Under the pieces are notes generated by a model that worked only from the letters and a program-made list of their open reading frames with translations, had not been told where the DNA came from and ran no database searches. A stretch of DNA of 64,000 nucleotides from contig CM052816.1 in NCBI GenBank assembly GCA_028534125.1, positions 69,566,001-69,630,000 on the forward strand, read 5' to 3'. Shown here one piece after another: positions 50,581 to 63,100 of this stretch. Source of the stretch: Lama glama. Taxonomy: Eukaryota. How positions within the stretch are numbered: the first letter of the stretch is position 1; the number at the start of each line of letters is the position of its first letter. Both the position numbers and the translations under genes were made by a program.

Positions 50581-51879
50581 ATTTCCTAATAAGAAGGAAG
50601 AATATCGATGACCAAGAGCCTTACATCGTTTAAGGTCGCGTTTTGCCACCAAGTAAGTTCTGGGAAACTTGCAGGCTTTGAAAGCTTTCCAGAAGTTAGA
50701 ATTGTAGGTAAGAAATTGTGTACCTGTGAAGAAACAGAGACTTAGCTTGATTAAAGGATAAGGAAAGAGTGAGGAGTTCACGATAACTTTGGAGACCACA
50801 GTGAGGATGAGCAGGGCTCAAGTGTGTCCTGTTGCATGAAGCCATTTCTAAGTACGTTCCTTTCCCCTGGAGGGAACTGACCACTCCCTGTTCCCCCACT
50901 GTGCGGTGTCCGTCTCTCTCCCATTTAGTGCCTGCAACACTGCTGACACTCCTGCCTCCCCACCCTGGGGTGTAGGTGCCTAAGGGCAGATAGAGCATCT
51001 TATTTAGCTTTCTGTATGCAGATCCGGGCACAAGGTTTGGAGGTAGTTAAGATGCTTGTTGAGTGAATAGGCAGACCACAGTAAATGGAATCAGTGTGTT
51101 TTTACATAAAATACCATACCTCTGTGAACCTCATAACAGCCTTATATGGTAGGTAAGATTCTTTTTCCATATTCTGTCTTTAAATCATTTGAGGCTCAAA
51201 GGTATGGTGATATGGCTTTGGTCACCCAGCTAGTGACAGATGTGGGATGGCAGTTCAGGCCTTCAGATGAAGGTGAGTGGTACCCAAGACTTAGGATTTC
51301 TGATGGAAGTATTATTTTCTGGTTGCTTGTAAAATTGTGGATGTCTTTTGAGGAATGCATTAGGTTATTATGTAGACTTCATTAACTGAACAGTTCTTGT
51401 AAAACAAAATAACTTCCCCCCAAAAATGTACGAGTAATACAGGTATACATTCTCCACTTACCAGAGGTGTAAGCAAGAAGTAGTACTGCTCGGGCACAGT
51501 TTTGAATTACACTGTAGAAAGTTATATGTAAATAACTTTACAATTTATTATTTATAAATTACAATATGTTTTTTTTTCCAGTTTTTTAATGTTTCCCTTT
51601 TACGGGAACCAGTTGTACCATTTTCTGATGAATTAGATACTAAATTGGCGAACATTTTGGACATTGAGCCTTCTGTGAGTTGTCTTCATTCTGAAACAGG
51701 CCCAGTGCCTTTTTGCAGGCCTCTTTGGAGGTCTCAGCCATCAAGAAGTTTACACCTGGGTTAGGATTCTAATGATAAACAGCTTACACTTACTGAACAT
51801 TTAATATATGCCAGGTGCTGAGACAGAATATGATACATGCTCTACTTGATGGTGTAAAAATGAAAATTTTAAGAGTGAT

Positions 51880-52900
51880 CATTTCTCATCTGGGGGATCA
51901 AAGAAGACCTCGTCTGAGTAGGGCCTCGTATGATGGGTAGGAGCTAAGCAGAGACGAATAGGGGGTGGAGAGTAAGGATGGAAAGTGCAGAGTGTGTCTG
52001 GAGGAAAGTTAGTGATCTTACTGGGTGGGGGCCCACAATGCGGAGGTGTGGGAAGTGTTGTGACCCAAGACTGGAGACTAGAGAAGCTGTTGGGAGAGAC
52101 AGTAGTGTGGAGAGCTGATCCAGCAGGAACCATGGGAGTGGGGCATTAGAGGCAGATGTGGTTGATCCCCTAAGAGTGACAGTGATACTGGCAGATAGAG
52201 AAGAAATGGAAAGAAATAGGACTTCAGTTTCTAGCCTCGTGATTGAGTGAATTATAAAAAGAGAGGAGAACATGATGGACAGTTTGAAGATAAATGATAA
52301 TGAGTTCAATTTGGGACATGCTAATTCTGAGGTATTGGCAGGACTTCCAACAATGATCCAAATGCCAAAAGGCTTGCTGACTAGAGAGAGTTTGTAGCTA
52401 GAGATCTAGATTTGAGAGACAACTGAACTGTGGATTGGTGTGAGATTGTTGAGGGTTGAAGGGCAGAGAGGGAGGAAAAGAGTACTAAGCACCAACTATA
52501 TTTCACTCATTCCTTCAGCATTTATTGAATGCCCGTTACATGACTTCCGCTGATACAGTCACTGAGGCTACATCAGTGAGCAAAGCAAACAAATACCCCT
52601 GCCATTTGGAGCTTCCATTGTAGCATCTGCACTAGATAAGGAATCTAAACCAGTCAGTTATATACAGGATCATAGAAGTCCAATGGGACTAAGAGCTCAA
52701 AAGAACCAGAGTTAAGTAATATAAACCAAAGCCAAAAATCTGAGAGAGGGCCATTGGATGTGTTGACAGTATGGTCATTAATGATCAAAAGTGCAACAGT
52801 TTCAGAGGAGTGTTGGAGTAGAAACTAACATGAAGCATGAGAGGGCGGTGGGCAAGCAGGAAATGAGGTATAGACTGTCCTTTTCACTCCTTGGCCCCTT
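51880..52900 (-). mobile_element. LINE-2 fragments (with a nested L2 tail at ~52500-52630)
   Basis: gataatgagttcaatttgggacatgctaattctgaggt; ttcactcattccttcagcatttattgaatgcc; acagtttcagaggagtgttgg. Confidence 0.65.
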
Positions 52901-53094
52901 GGCTAAGATTGCACATAGATTCCTCTCTTAAGAAGGTAGTCTGAAACTGAGAAAGCAGTGGCAAGGGAGTTTAGTTTTGCAAGGGAAGGTGCCACATGGG
53001 CATGCTAGTGGACAGGCATGTAAGGGTGGTGATCAGGGGAGAAGGAAACACCGAAGACATTAAGTAGAGGGCAGGGAGTGCAAGAATGAGTAAA

Positions 53095-53520
53095 GACTTC
53101 TGATTCTGGTCAAGACAGAGGAACTAGAACTGGCTTAACCTCCCATCTGATGTAACAACAACAACACCAGACAAAATATATGAAACAGTTTTCAAGAAAT
53201 TGACTATCAAGCATCAAGGGTTAGTCATCCCTGAAAGATGAGAAACAAATGAGTTGAGCCCCACAGTCGCCCCAGCTTACTGCCTGGAGAGCATTCCCAG
53301 GCCAAGGCACAGGTCCAGGGGGAACCGAAGTGGAGCTCGGTGGACTCCTTGCATTGGGGAGATGGAGCTGAGAGTTGGAGAGATTCATGCAGTTCCAGAG
53401 GAGAGAGAGCTGGACAGAGAGAAAACCCTAGAGATCTGCACAGGGTCTGCCTTGTATCCATCAAAGCATTCAGTGTCTGCACATGAGGAAACTATTCAAA
53501 ACTAGGGAAGTAACCATAGG
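53095..53520 (+). mobile_element. Old L1M 5'-end fragment
   Basis: gacttctgattctggtcaaga...cagacaaaatatatgaaaca...atccctgaaagatgagaaacaaatgag...ccccagcttactgcctggagag, recognised as an L1M4/L1MC-type 5' region. Confidence 0.65.
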
Positions 53521-55865
53521 TTGGAAAATGTATACAGTCTTCTGGAGAGGACAATTAACATGCAAAACTATGCTTTAGTTTTGAATTGAAAACTGGAAAA
53601 GAACATGCAAAAATAACAATGGGCTTTCTTAGTATGGTTGAATTATGTGTGAAATTTTATTCTCTTATTTCTCTATTTTATAAAGTTTTGATTATATCAA
53701 GCCAATTAAGAATGAAATATTTGTTGGAAGAGTTTGGAACAGTTGAAAAGGTAATATACCTTGAGAATTGGTTTCTTAAAGTGGAAGCATATCACAAGAA
53801 AGGTATGTCCATCCAATTCAGCAAGGCAAGAATGCCTGCTTTTTCTTCAGAAGTAAAGGGAATTCAAACTTTATTGGATTGTTAACTTCAGCAATCTTTT
53901 ACTTTGACATAATTTTTAAAAGATACTTAAATTGTCAAAACTCAAAGGGCCAAGAAAATCCTGCAAAGAGCAGGTCCTGCTGGTAGAGAAAAAAAATTGA
54001 GTAGCTTACACATTGGTCTAGAAACAAAAGTGAACTTTTTCCAGAGTAAATTCCTTGACTGTATCTGCACAAAGAATTTGTTGATAAAAGGGGTTGTTAA
54101 CCTGTAGATTACACAACATTCTCTGTTTTTCTTTTTAAACCAGAGGAATGAAATCTAAAAGCTTAGGATAATATATTGATGTAACATGGAGAATAACCTA
54201 GAGAAAACAGAACACTTGGAATTGAAAAAGGTTGAAAATCTCTTCTCGGGATATGTATTATTATACTTGAAAATTTGTCAAGCTGCATGTCATTTAGTTA
54301 AAATAGAAAACAATTATGATAATTTGAAAGAAATACAGAAAAAGTTCATGAAAATGTGACCAAGATGTTTTAATAACTTTAGTATTAGCTGCATATGTGT
54401 TAAAAGAAATGAGTTAAAAAGTTAAATTTTGGTATCTGCTGAAGGGTTGTGTTTTATAAATGCTGGTAGATTAAATTTCCTTTTATGATGTTGAAATCAT
54501 ATTTAGAAGAATTTCACTAGACCGTTATCCAAATATCACAAAACTACCATGGCATAAATCGTATCCTGGGTCCACGTCACGGCCACCAGATCGATGGAAT
54601 GTCTTTCTCTTAAGCCCATCGTTAGAGTGGCCCAGGAACTTCAGAAACGCACACCAAGCACCTATGTACCTGTGTGCAGACTTGTTTGTGTGTTGTCGGC
54701 GGTGGGGGAGGTTGGAGGATGGCCTGTAGGTCCAAGCAAAACACTCATGTGTTCCACACAATGAATAAAAATAGACTAACCTCCCTCTCAAACCTAATTT
54801 TGTTACGATTCCAGTAATTCTTTCCTTGCATAAAAAATTTCAGATCCGTCTCCCTTGTATCACAGGCTTTGTTGGATTTGAGGGCTAAAAGACAAAAACT
54901 GAAAGTCTATGCAAACAATTATTTCCCCAAAGAGTTACTAAGTCATATATTTATTAAAATTTGTGGGGTTAAATCTTAGGGGAGGTTTCAGTTTTACTAA
55001 TGTAGCTTAAATAGGCCAGGAAAAAATGACTATGTAACTTAGGCCTTAGCCATCAGATTGTTTGAATGGAGTCGGGAGACCTATTCATGAGGCCTTCAGC
55101 CAAATATTCGAGGCCATTGATAATTGACTTAGTTGTTACTGTTATTTCCTCCTTTTGGTTAAATATAAATAATGGACCCCTAATGTTAGAGGAAACTTTA
55201 AGAAGCTAATCTAGTCCACTTATTTTGCAGATGAGGGATTCAAGGTCTGGAAAAAATAAGTGGCTAGTGAGTCTAAGAGGTGTGGCTAGGACTTCTAGGT
55301 ATGTCCTTGTCACTTTAGCACACTGACTCCCTGTGAAGAGCACCAGAGGACGCTTATTTTTTCAAAGAAGCAACAGAGCGAGCACACTGTTGTGGCTGAG
55401 TCAGTTGGACATTTTCCCTCCGCTCCTGAGTTCTTGGCTTTATTAATAATATCTATAAAAAAGTACTCTCCTAACTCATACTATTATTTTTATTCCATTT
55501 ATTCTGTTAATAAGGCAATGTAGTATAGACCTGAGAACACTTAGGTTGGTTCTTTGGAATGTTTATACATAGGAGGGAAAATAAACTCATGGGTTTACTA
55601 GGCAAGTGTGTATTTTTCCAGTCTGCTCCTCTAGTGTTTAGGTTCAAAACTGGACAAAATAGTGTAAGCTCTCAGCTGGTTGGTATACGGAGGAGGAACT
55701 ATAGTGTGGAGCTCTGGTGGACTCTGGTGATGAGACCTGAGTTCAAGTTTAAATATAGCACTTAGTCCTTTGGGCCAAGCACTTAACCTTTCTAGACTTG
55801 ACTTTCTTCCTGGAACGGTAGTTACAGACACTTAAGGATTGTCATGACAGGTAAATTCAGAAATA

Positions 55866-56178
55866 CAGTCTCCCTTGGTATCTTAGGGGAATTTGGTTCC
55901 ATAACTACCCCCCCCCAGCAGATGTCAAAATTCCATCATGCTTTACGTAAAAATATAGTATTTACATGTAACCTATACACATCCTCCTGTATGCTTCACA
56001 TCATCTCTAGATTACAGATAATACCTAATAGAATGTAAATACAATGTCAGTGGTGGCCTCTGCACAGCAAATTCGAGTTTTGCTCCTTGGAATTTCTGGA
56101 AATTTTTTCCCAAATATTTTCAATCTGCAGTTGGTTAAATCTATGGATGCAGAACTCTCAGATATGGAGGGCTGACTA
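55866..56178. mobile_element. MER2-like Tigger MITE, nested in a MIR
   Basis: TA-flanked ends cagtctcccttggtatc... / ...gatatggagggctgacta. Internal aacctatacacatcctcctgtat...atcatctctagattac...taatacctaata. Confidence 0.85.
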
Positions 56179-56204
56179 TAAATATAAACCCTTAGCATAG
56201 ATCT

Positions 56205-56945
56205 TTAAACACATATTGAGATCCTAGTATGACCTAGCAATGGCATACAAGATACATGATACACTGTTTCTCCATTTTGAATCCTTGCAGTCTAGCCAGT
56301 ATTTAAAACATAAAACAAATAAACCGATATGTAATTAGACCTATGAAAATCATGTGGGAGAAGTACTGAGTGCTAGAAGCACATGGATCCTATTTCAGGA
56401 CAACCAGAGAAAGCTTGCCTGACAAAGTGAAGTTAAAACACCACCTGAAGGCTGAAGAGTTTGCCAGAAGGGTAAAGAACACACACTTCTGGAGCAGTAT
56501 GTGCAAAGGCCCTCAGATGGAAGGAACATCTCTTGTTTTAGGAACTGAAGAATATGAAGGAGGGGGAATGGTACAGAATAAGCCTAACAAAGGAAAGAAA
56601 TACTAGACTATGTAGGGCCTTTTTAGGTGTTTCCAAATATATCGTGAGGAGTAAGAAGCTATCAGACCCTTTTAACTGGGGGAGTGATGTGAACAGGAGT
56701 GCATTTCAGGAGGAGCATCACTTATGCTCAGGTGGTGAGGTGATTGAGGAGGCAGGTGCAGAGTTTAGTTAGGAGGCTCTTGGAATTGTTGAGGTGGTGG
56801 TGGTGGTGGGGGGGCTTGACCATTGTTGTGCTGTGAGGATGGAGAGAAGTAGGTGTGTTGGAGAACTGCTGAGTAGATGAATAGGCTTTGGTGATTGGTT
56901 GATTGATTGACTGAGAAGGAAAGAAGTGTTAAAGAAGACCACAAA
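56205..56945 (-). mobile_element. LINE-2 fragment
   Basis: agcagtatgtgcaaaggccct; ttaggaggctcttggaattgttgagg; ggatggagagaagtagg; ggctttggtgattggttgat. Confidence 0.65.
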
Positions 56946-57164
56946 TGTTTAGTCTATAGGAGTCCTCAATAAATGTTTGTTGTTGATTGCTACCTCAGCA
57001 ACTCTTATTTTTACTACTGCTTTCAGAGTATATCTGATCTTGAGGACACACATGATTTTGATTGGGAGAAAGCTTCCAGTGGTCATTCGATGACCATCAG
57101 TATTCTGGATTTTTAGTTTTATTTATTAAAAAAAAAAAACTTTACAGCACTGAATGTGCTGTAA

Positions 57165-57268
57165 AGATGAGGGATCTGAGGCACAGAGGAATTAAGTAAC
57201 TTGCTCAAAATCCGTTACTAATGGTAGAGTCAGAATTTGAACCCAGACATTCTTGCTTTAGAGCCCAG
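57165..57268. mobile_element. MIR core fragment
   Basis: agatgagggatctgaggcacagaggaattaagtaacttgctcaa...ggtagagtcagaatttgaacccag. Confidence 0.75.
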
Positions 57269-59905
57269 GGAAGCCAGTGGCTTTTATTCCTCAAGGCAAC
57301 CCTTTGAGAAAGGAATTTGGATGGATTGACCTTAGTAACACTACCAGATAGTAACTTCCCTTTTTGACCTCATCCAGCTCAATGCAAAGGAATAAGATAT
57401 AGCTGATCTGATAGTTGCCCTTCTTGATTGCCCTTCTGGTGAACTGAAAGTGTGTCTTTAAATTTTAATTTTTTTTAATCCTTTCAAACATTTACAGTGA
57501 CTGAAATAGGGAAATACTCTCTTACATCAATAGTACATTCTCTTATTTGCTGAACTGGTAGTCTAGGCTTCGCCCTCCAAATAATACAAACGCAGCAGAA
57601 TGGAAGACTGTATATACCTTTGCAGTATAAATCTAGCCACACATGTTCTATGTGCAAAGAAAACATTTATGAGTATTCTGCAGAAACATTTATATGCCTA
57701 TAAATAACTTTGCTAGGTTACTTTACTTAGAGTGAACACGTGAGGACATTTTTGTAGTCAGTTTATTACGGAGTCTGTGCAAGGATTAAAGATGGTAACC
57801 GTTACATAATCTGCCTTGTGGATTAATAAATTACAAAAGTTGTATTTTGCATATGGGTGTGGCTATTTCCGGAAGGCTATTACTTCCCTCTGGGTGCCTG
57901 CATATTGTCAGCTTTCAAGAATCAAAGCAGATTAAACACTGCTGGTATGCTCCGTAACTGTTTCTTTTTCGAAGTTGGGGTCTGTCCCATTTCTCTGGAA
58001 AATTCATCCTTGGGTTGTCCTGAACATAATCACTGAAAGACTGTTCAGCACATGCATAGGGTTTTCATTTTAAACATTTCACAATCATTGCCTTTTAATC
58101 CATATTAAGTGCCCCTGTGAGGTAGGTATATACATTCAAGCATCCAAGTCTCCTGTAGGAAGATTTCAGTGCTAGCAGGAGTGTTGTGATTGGCACTGAG
58201 TTTCCTTGATTTCCCAGAGGTCAGACACCTGGAGAGGCTTTCTTGCAGGCTCAGGTATGTGCCTGTGTTTCAGTCACAGGGAGCCACCTCCTCCTCCTCC
58301 TGCTTTACTAAGATTCAGTGACTGCATGTACCATTAACCAAAATGCTATACCGACTCTGTCAGTCTGCATTAAACCCACACAGGAAGGGTATGTTTTGGA
58401 AGATTCTTAGAGAGCCCGATGAACATTTACATTCTGTACAACAAACTTCAAGTGTTTATACTTTCATCACTCCCACAAAGATACTTTTCATTTAGTGGTA
58501 ACATTTACAGCTCCAACTAAGTACTTTGATTAATAAACAAGCACCAGAATTTCTGTCCTATGAATCTGTAATATATTCAGGCAGAAGATATACATTATCT
58601 CGTCCTTATAACAACTTTGTGACGTAGATACATACTATCATACCCACTTTACAGAGGGTGAAACCCAAGGGTGATAGGTTGCCCAGTCACAGAGCTTATT
58701 AAAACCTAGTTCTTTCCGACTCCAAAGTCACTCTTGTAACCATTACATGGTATTCACTTTCTTAATTAGAAGGTAATATGTAGAATCTTAAAGTTCTAGG
58801 ACAGTATACAACAAAGGAATAGTAATAATAGGGTGGAATATAATAAGGCACCTACTGACTTGCTATTTTATAAAGTAAAGCAAAAACCATGTAAACGAAT
58901 TGTTCTTATACACATTGTACTTAACATCTTTTTACCTTTCTAGGCACTCATCATGTCTTCAAATGAAAGATTTGCATGTTTTCCCTTTTATTCTGTTGGT
59001 AATCTTGAAAAGAGGACTGTACCGTATTTATCTTGTATTGAATAATGCTTAAAATTTTAAATTGATTGGGTGTTCAGAAATTACTGAAAAATTTTTTTAA
59101 AATTAGTAGGGCTTTTAACTTAAAAAGAAGTACATGTATATGCAAAAAATTCAAATGACGAAAGAATCTCTCTCTTGTTTTGACCTCCAGATACCCAGTT
59201 CTCCCGACAGTCATTATGTGTTCTAGTTTCTTGTGGATCTTTTCAGAAATGTTTAGTGTATATATTGGTTTGTGTGTCTATGTAAAGTTAACTGCACAGT
59301 CACATATGTTAGAACTGAATTGATTGACTTAGACGATGATAATTATGTCCTAAATACAGAGTTAATCATAACGCTGCACTCCTAAATACACTTTTATAAT
59401 AGAAGTCATTTATTACATGCATTATAAAATGTATAGATAATTATGATTATACTTTTAAGAAAAAAATTATGTATGATTTTAACCATGTCCTTAAAAGAAA
59501 ATGGTAACAAATACTATGTAATTCCAGTATGAGATGGTTATAATTCAGATACCTTAGTCTCTATGCTGAGTTATATGTGAAGGAAAATTAACTTTAGGAA
59601 TTAGACGCAAAGGTCCTGGTAGATTTAATATTTTCTTTAAGTTTTCTTGATACTTCCAAGTGTCTTTCTCACAACTGATAAAATTTACAAGTGACATTAT
59701 ATATTAAAAAGTGAGGTAATATTTTGAAGAAAAGGGTTTTATTTTGCTGTAACATACAACTAGGTTTTGCTTAGTGGTAGAAGATAATATTGGATTATCA
59801 ACTTATCTCAAAAATTATGTTTCTGGTGTAAATATGAGCTATAGAAATAAACATGAGCTTTTTTAATCTGCCTTAAAAAATGATATGAGCATCTTACACA
59901 TTTTT

Positions 59906-60048
59906 TATTTTTCTTCTTTTTTTTTTTTTTTTTTGCAGGGTGGAGGTATTAGGTTTATTTGGTTTTTCAGTGAAGGTACTGGGGATTGAACCCAGGACCT
60001 TGTGCATGCTAAGTATGCACTTTACTACCAAGCTATACCCTCCCTCCT
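59906..60048 (-). mobile_element. tRNA-derived SINE, Vic-1-like (camelid)
   Basis: Same head as the 42.6 kb copy (gtactggggattgaacccaggaccttgtgcatgcta), with a poly(T) tail on +. TSD tgagcatcttacacattttt (59886-59905) / tgagcatcgtacacattttt (60049-60068). Confidence 0.9.
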
Positions 60049-60112
60049 TGAGCATCGTACACATTTTTAAAAGTTAAGTTGCTAATTCTTTGTTTTTGTT
60101 TTCTAATTTTAG

Positions 60113-60172
60113 GTTTTAGTATAAAAGCAGTGCCATTCCAGAATGCCATCTTGAATGTAAAAGAACTTGGAG
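60113..60172 (+). CDS. ARL15: ARL15 coding exon 3
   Basis: Acceptor tttgttttctaattttag, donor GAG|gtatat. Joined to exon 2 (G|GT) it reads GFSIKAVPFQNAILNVKELG(G), continuing the ARL15 sequence. 60 nt, phase 1 to phase 1. Too short to appear in the ORF track. Confidence 0.96.
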
Positions 60173-63100
60173 GTATATCATTTAAAATTATTTCTATGAC
60201 TGGCTTTAACTTTTACTAAGCTCATATTACTGTGTTACATATAATTAAGACATAACGATGACGTATTATTCTACGACGTGATTCAGTTTTACCTTTTTTC
60301 TTGATAACACTTCCTAGAAATATTTCCCTCTCTATATGTTTTAAAGGTTGTTGAAGAGTTCTAAGTAATATAAACTTTGTTTTCTTTTGTGTGAATTAAA
60401 GAACTACACTATTGGTGCCATTTCATACACTATATTCTTTTGGTTTTACTTGTTGAGTGAAATTTAGTCTTAGTGAAAAATATGAAGAGAGTTTTAATAT
60501 AATCTTAGAAAAATAAGTTATATATTATGCAGGGCAAAGAACTGTATTTTAAAGCAGTTTGTAGTCATACTGAAGGTTTTCTTATATTAGATTTTTTCAG
60601 AATGTGTTTGTTCCTATAATCTTTGCCAATGGGCTCTTTGCTGGGCAAGCACATTTATTGGATAGGCTGCTCCCCATACTATACATCACTCAGTCTGTCC
60701 TTACGTTCTCTGTCTGGGATTTTTTTTTTTTTTTTGGTTGTGTTTTACGTCAGTAACCCATGTAACCCATGTAAATAGGTTAACAAAGAATTCAGTCAAT
60801 TCACTGAACCTACTCAAGTCTCTAATGGCCCAGGAAAATAGTGAGTGCTCTGGAGTGCAGTGTAATATTGGTGAGTTTAACGACTTAGAAACAAGTTCTC
60901 ATCTGTCTCTTTAATCGCTTTGTGATATTGCCCTCAATCTGCCCTTTTTTTTTTTTTGTAAAAAGCTCATTCTGTGACCTATTTTTAGACTGATGAAATG
61001 GGAACACAAAACTTATGCCATTCTAATAGTGTTTGATCCCTTCTAATTTTTCTCTAGGAATGTATTAGCTGATCTTTTCAGGTGCGTGTTTTAAAGAGCT
61101 GTACGTAGGACGAACATACTTCTGTCAGTCTGTTTTATAGCCACCTTTGACTTTTATATGATTAATATTTAAAATCAACCATGACTGATAAATTCTGGTT
61201 TTCCTTTGACATTTGGTTTTGTTGTTTTGACTACAAAAATTATAAAACATGAATGTTGTTGTAATAGAATAACTTTTCTATGCAAGAATTTTAAGACAGT
61301 TCTTTTAGGTCGAGTATTTTAGTATTTGTGGCTTCTGTTGACTCTTTGCTTCTCTATTAAAATCAGAGGACATAGAGTAAGAATCCATGGAATCAAAATG
61401 AATGGTTTGAGAATTCTGTTGTTTTAAAATATGATAATTAGTAAGTCTATTATTACTAGGCTAGATGCAGAATTCTTTTTGAATACCGTCCAGGTGTATG
61501 AAGCTGTTGATTAATTGGTAAAATGTTTATTATTGATGTTTAATTGGATGATATAAGTAATACATGATTAATGAATGTATCTGGACAATTAGGAAAAGTG
61601 AATACATCAAGGAATTTATTATAATCTTGACTCTGTGCCATTGAAATTCAGTACAATTCAAAAGATCAAATTAGAGGACAGGAGTGTATAAGGTAGGAAG
61701 CTGTCTATTCTCAAACAAGGTTTAATTTTGCTAAAAGAACTATGTGTGCTCTGACAGTTGCTGAAATGTAAACAGGTTAACAAAGAATTCAGTCAGTTCA
61801 GGAAATTACAATGAAGAAGATACGATAGAGTTTGGTAGTAATGCTTTAGTTTGTTCCTGCTTGGTGATGAGGTTGAGAGATGTAAGTAAAAGATGGAGCT
61901 TCAAGGATTGGAACCAGTATATTAGGTGAAGTGCAATCCTTGATTTTTCACTCACTAATTCCTTTAGTCAAATATTTTTTGAAGACCTGCTCTGTGTGGA
62001 GTGGGACTGAGCATTAGGTCACATCTCAGCCAAGAATGTGTGAAAAGTAGGCTAACACATGTAGAGAGTGTAGCTTTCCTGGGATTTAGAGTAAATCTTA
62101 TATACCAAGAGGCTCATCCTAACAAAAAGTATGTGGCATTTAGGGAGAATTATGACCTCCTAAAATCAAATGGTTTGAGAGGAGGTTGCGTGACCCAAGG
62201 ATTTTTAAGTTCAAGAGGAAAGAATTAAGTGTCTTAAGTTCAATATATGCAGATATGAAACCATTATTCACCAACAGAGATATGCTCAGAAGACAGGTGA
62301 GTCAGAGTTCAATCAGATTGTCAATCCAGGGGAAAATTCTGAAATCAAGGGAGAAACTCAAGAAATTAGGTGTAAAGATAGGCAGATACTAAGAGCCCAA
62401 ATGACGCTGAAGTGCAGAATTCTCAGGAAGTTCTGCACATCCTATGGTTAATTCAGGAGCTTGGCATGACCCCTGTTCCTTCCCACTAATTCCTTCCTCT
62501 GCCCTTTCAAGATATTTCCGAGGCTCTCCATCACCCACTTCCCAACCTTAAGTTTAATTTCTCACTTCTTCAAAATAGGAAGCGGCATGACCTTGTGTTC
62601 CTTATCAAGTAAGAAGAAATGGCACAGGATGAAACAACAATGACTAATGGAGTTAAATTAAATGAAAGTCACTTTTGGTAGATCTTAACAGACTTAATGT
62701 CTGTGCACACACACTGACAGATGCTTGTGTGTGTATATGTATATCCTGCATAATTTATATGTTATGTATATGTACGTAATTCTGTGTTCTTATCAGTCTT
62801 CTCTTTTAATGAGTTTTCCTTACAACTTCCACTTAAAAATTCCTATAAATCTCATTCACATCAATTTTTCTCATATGGTCTTTTCCTACTGTTCATGCAG
62901 TCACTCTAGTGCAGTTTTATGTATGTCAAGCAGGATTTTAGGAGCTGGGAATAAAAGAGATTTAGAACACATCTTGTCTTCAAGGGACTCATGGTTCAGT
63001 GATGGAGACCTTCATGAAAACAAATATTTGATGTTAATGAAATTTTTGAAAATAATGAAATTAAGTGGGGGTAAATATAAGATAAGGGATGACACAAAGA

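Larger units (their letters stand above)
48932..60112 (+). other. ARL15: ARL15 intron 2 (GT-AG, phase 1, 11181 nt)
   Basis: Starts gtgagt, ends ttttag. Candidate branch point gctaat at ~60081-60086. Reading frame is continuous across the junction. Confidence 0.93.
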
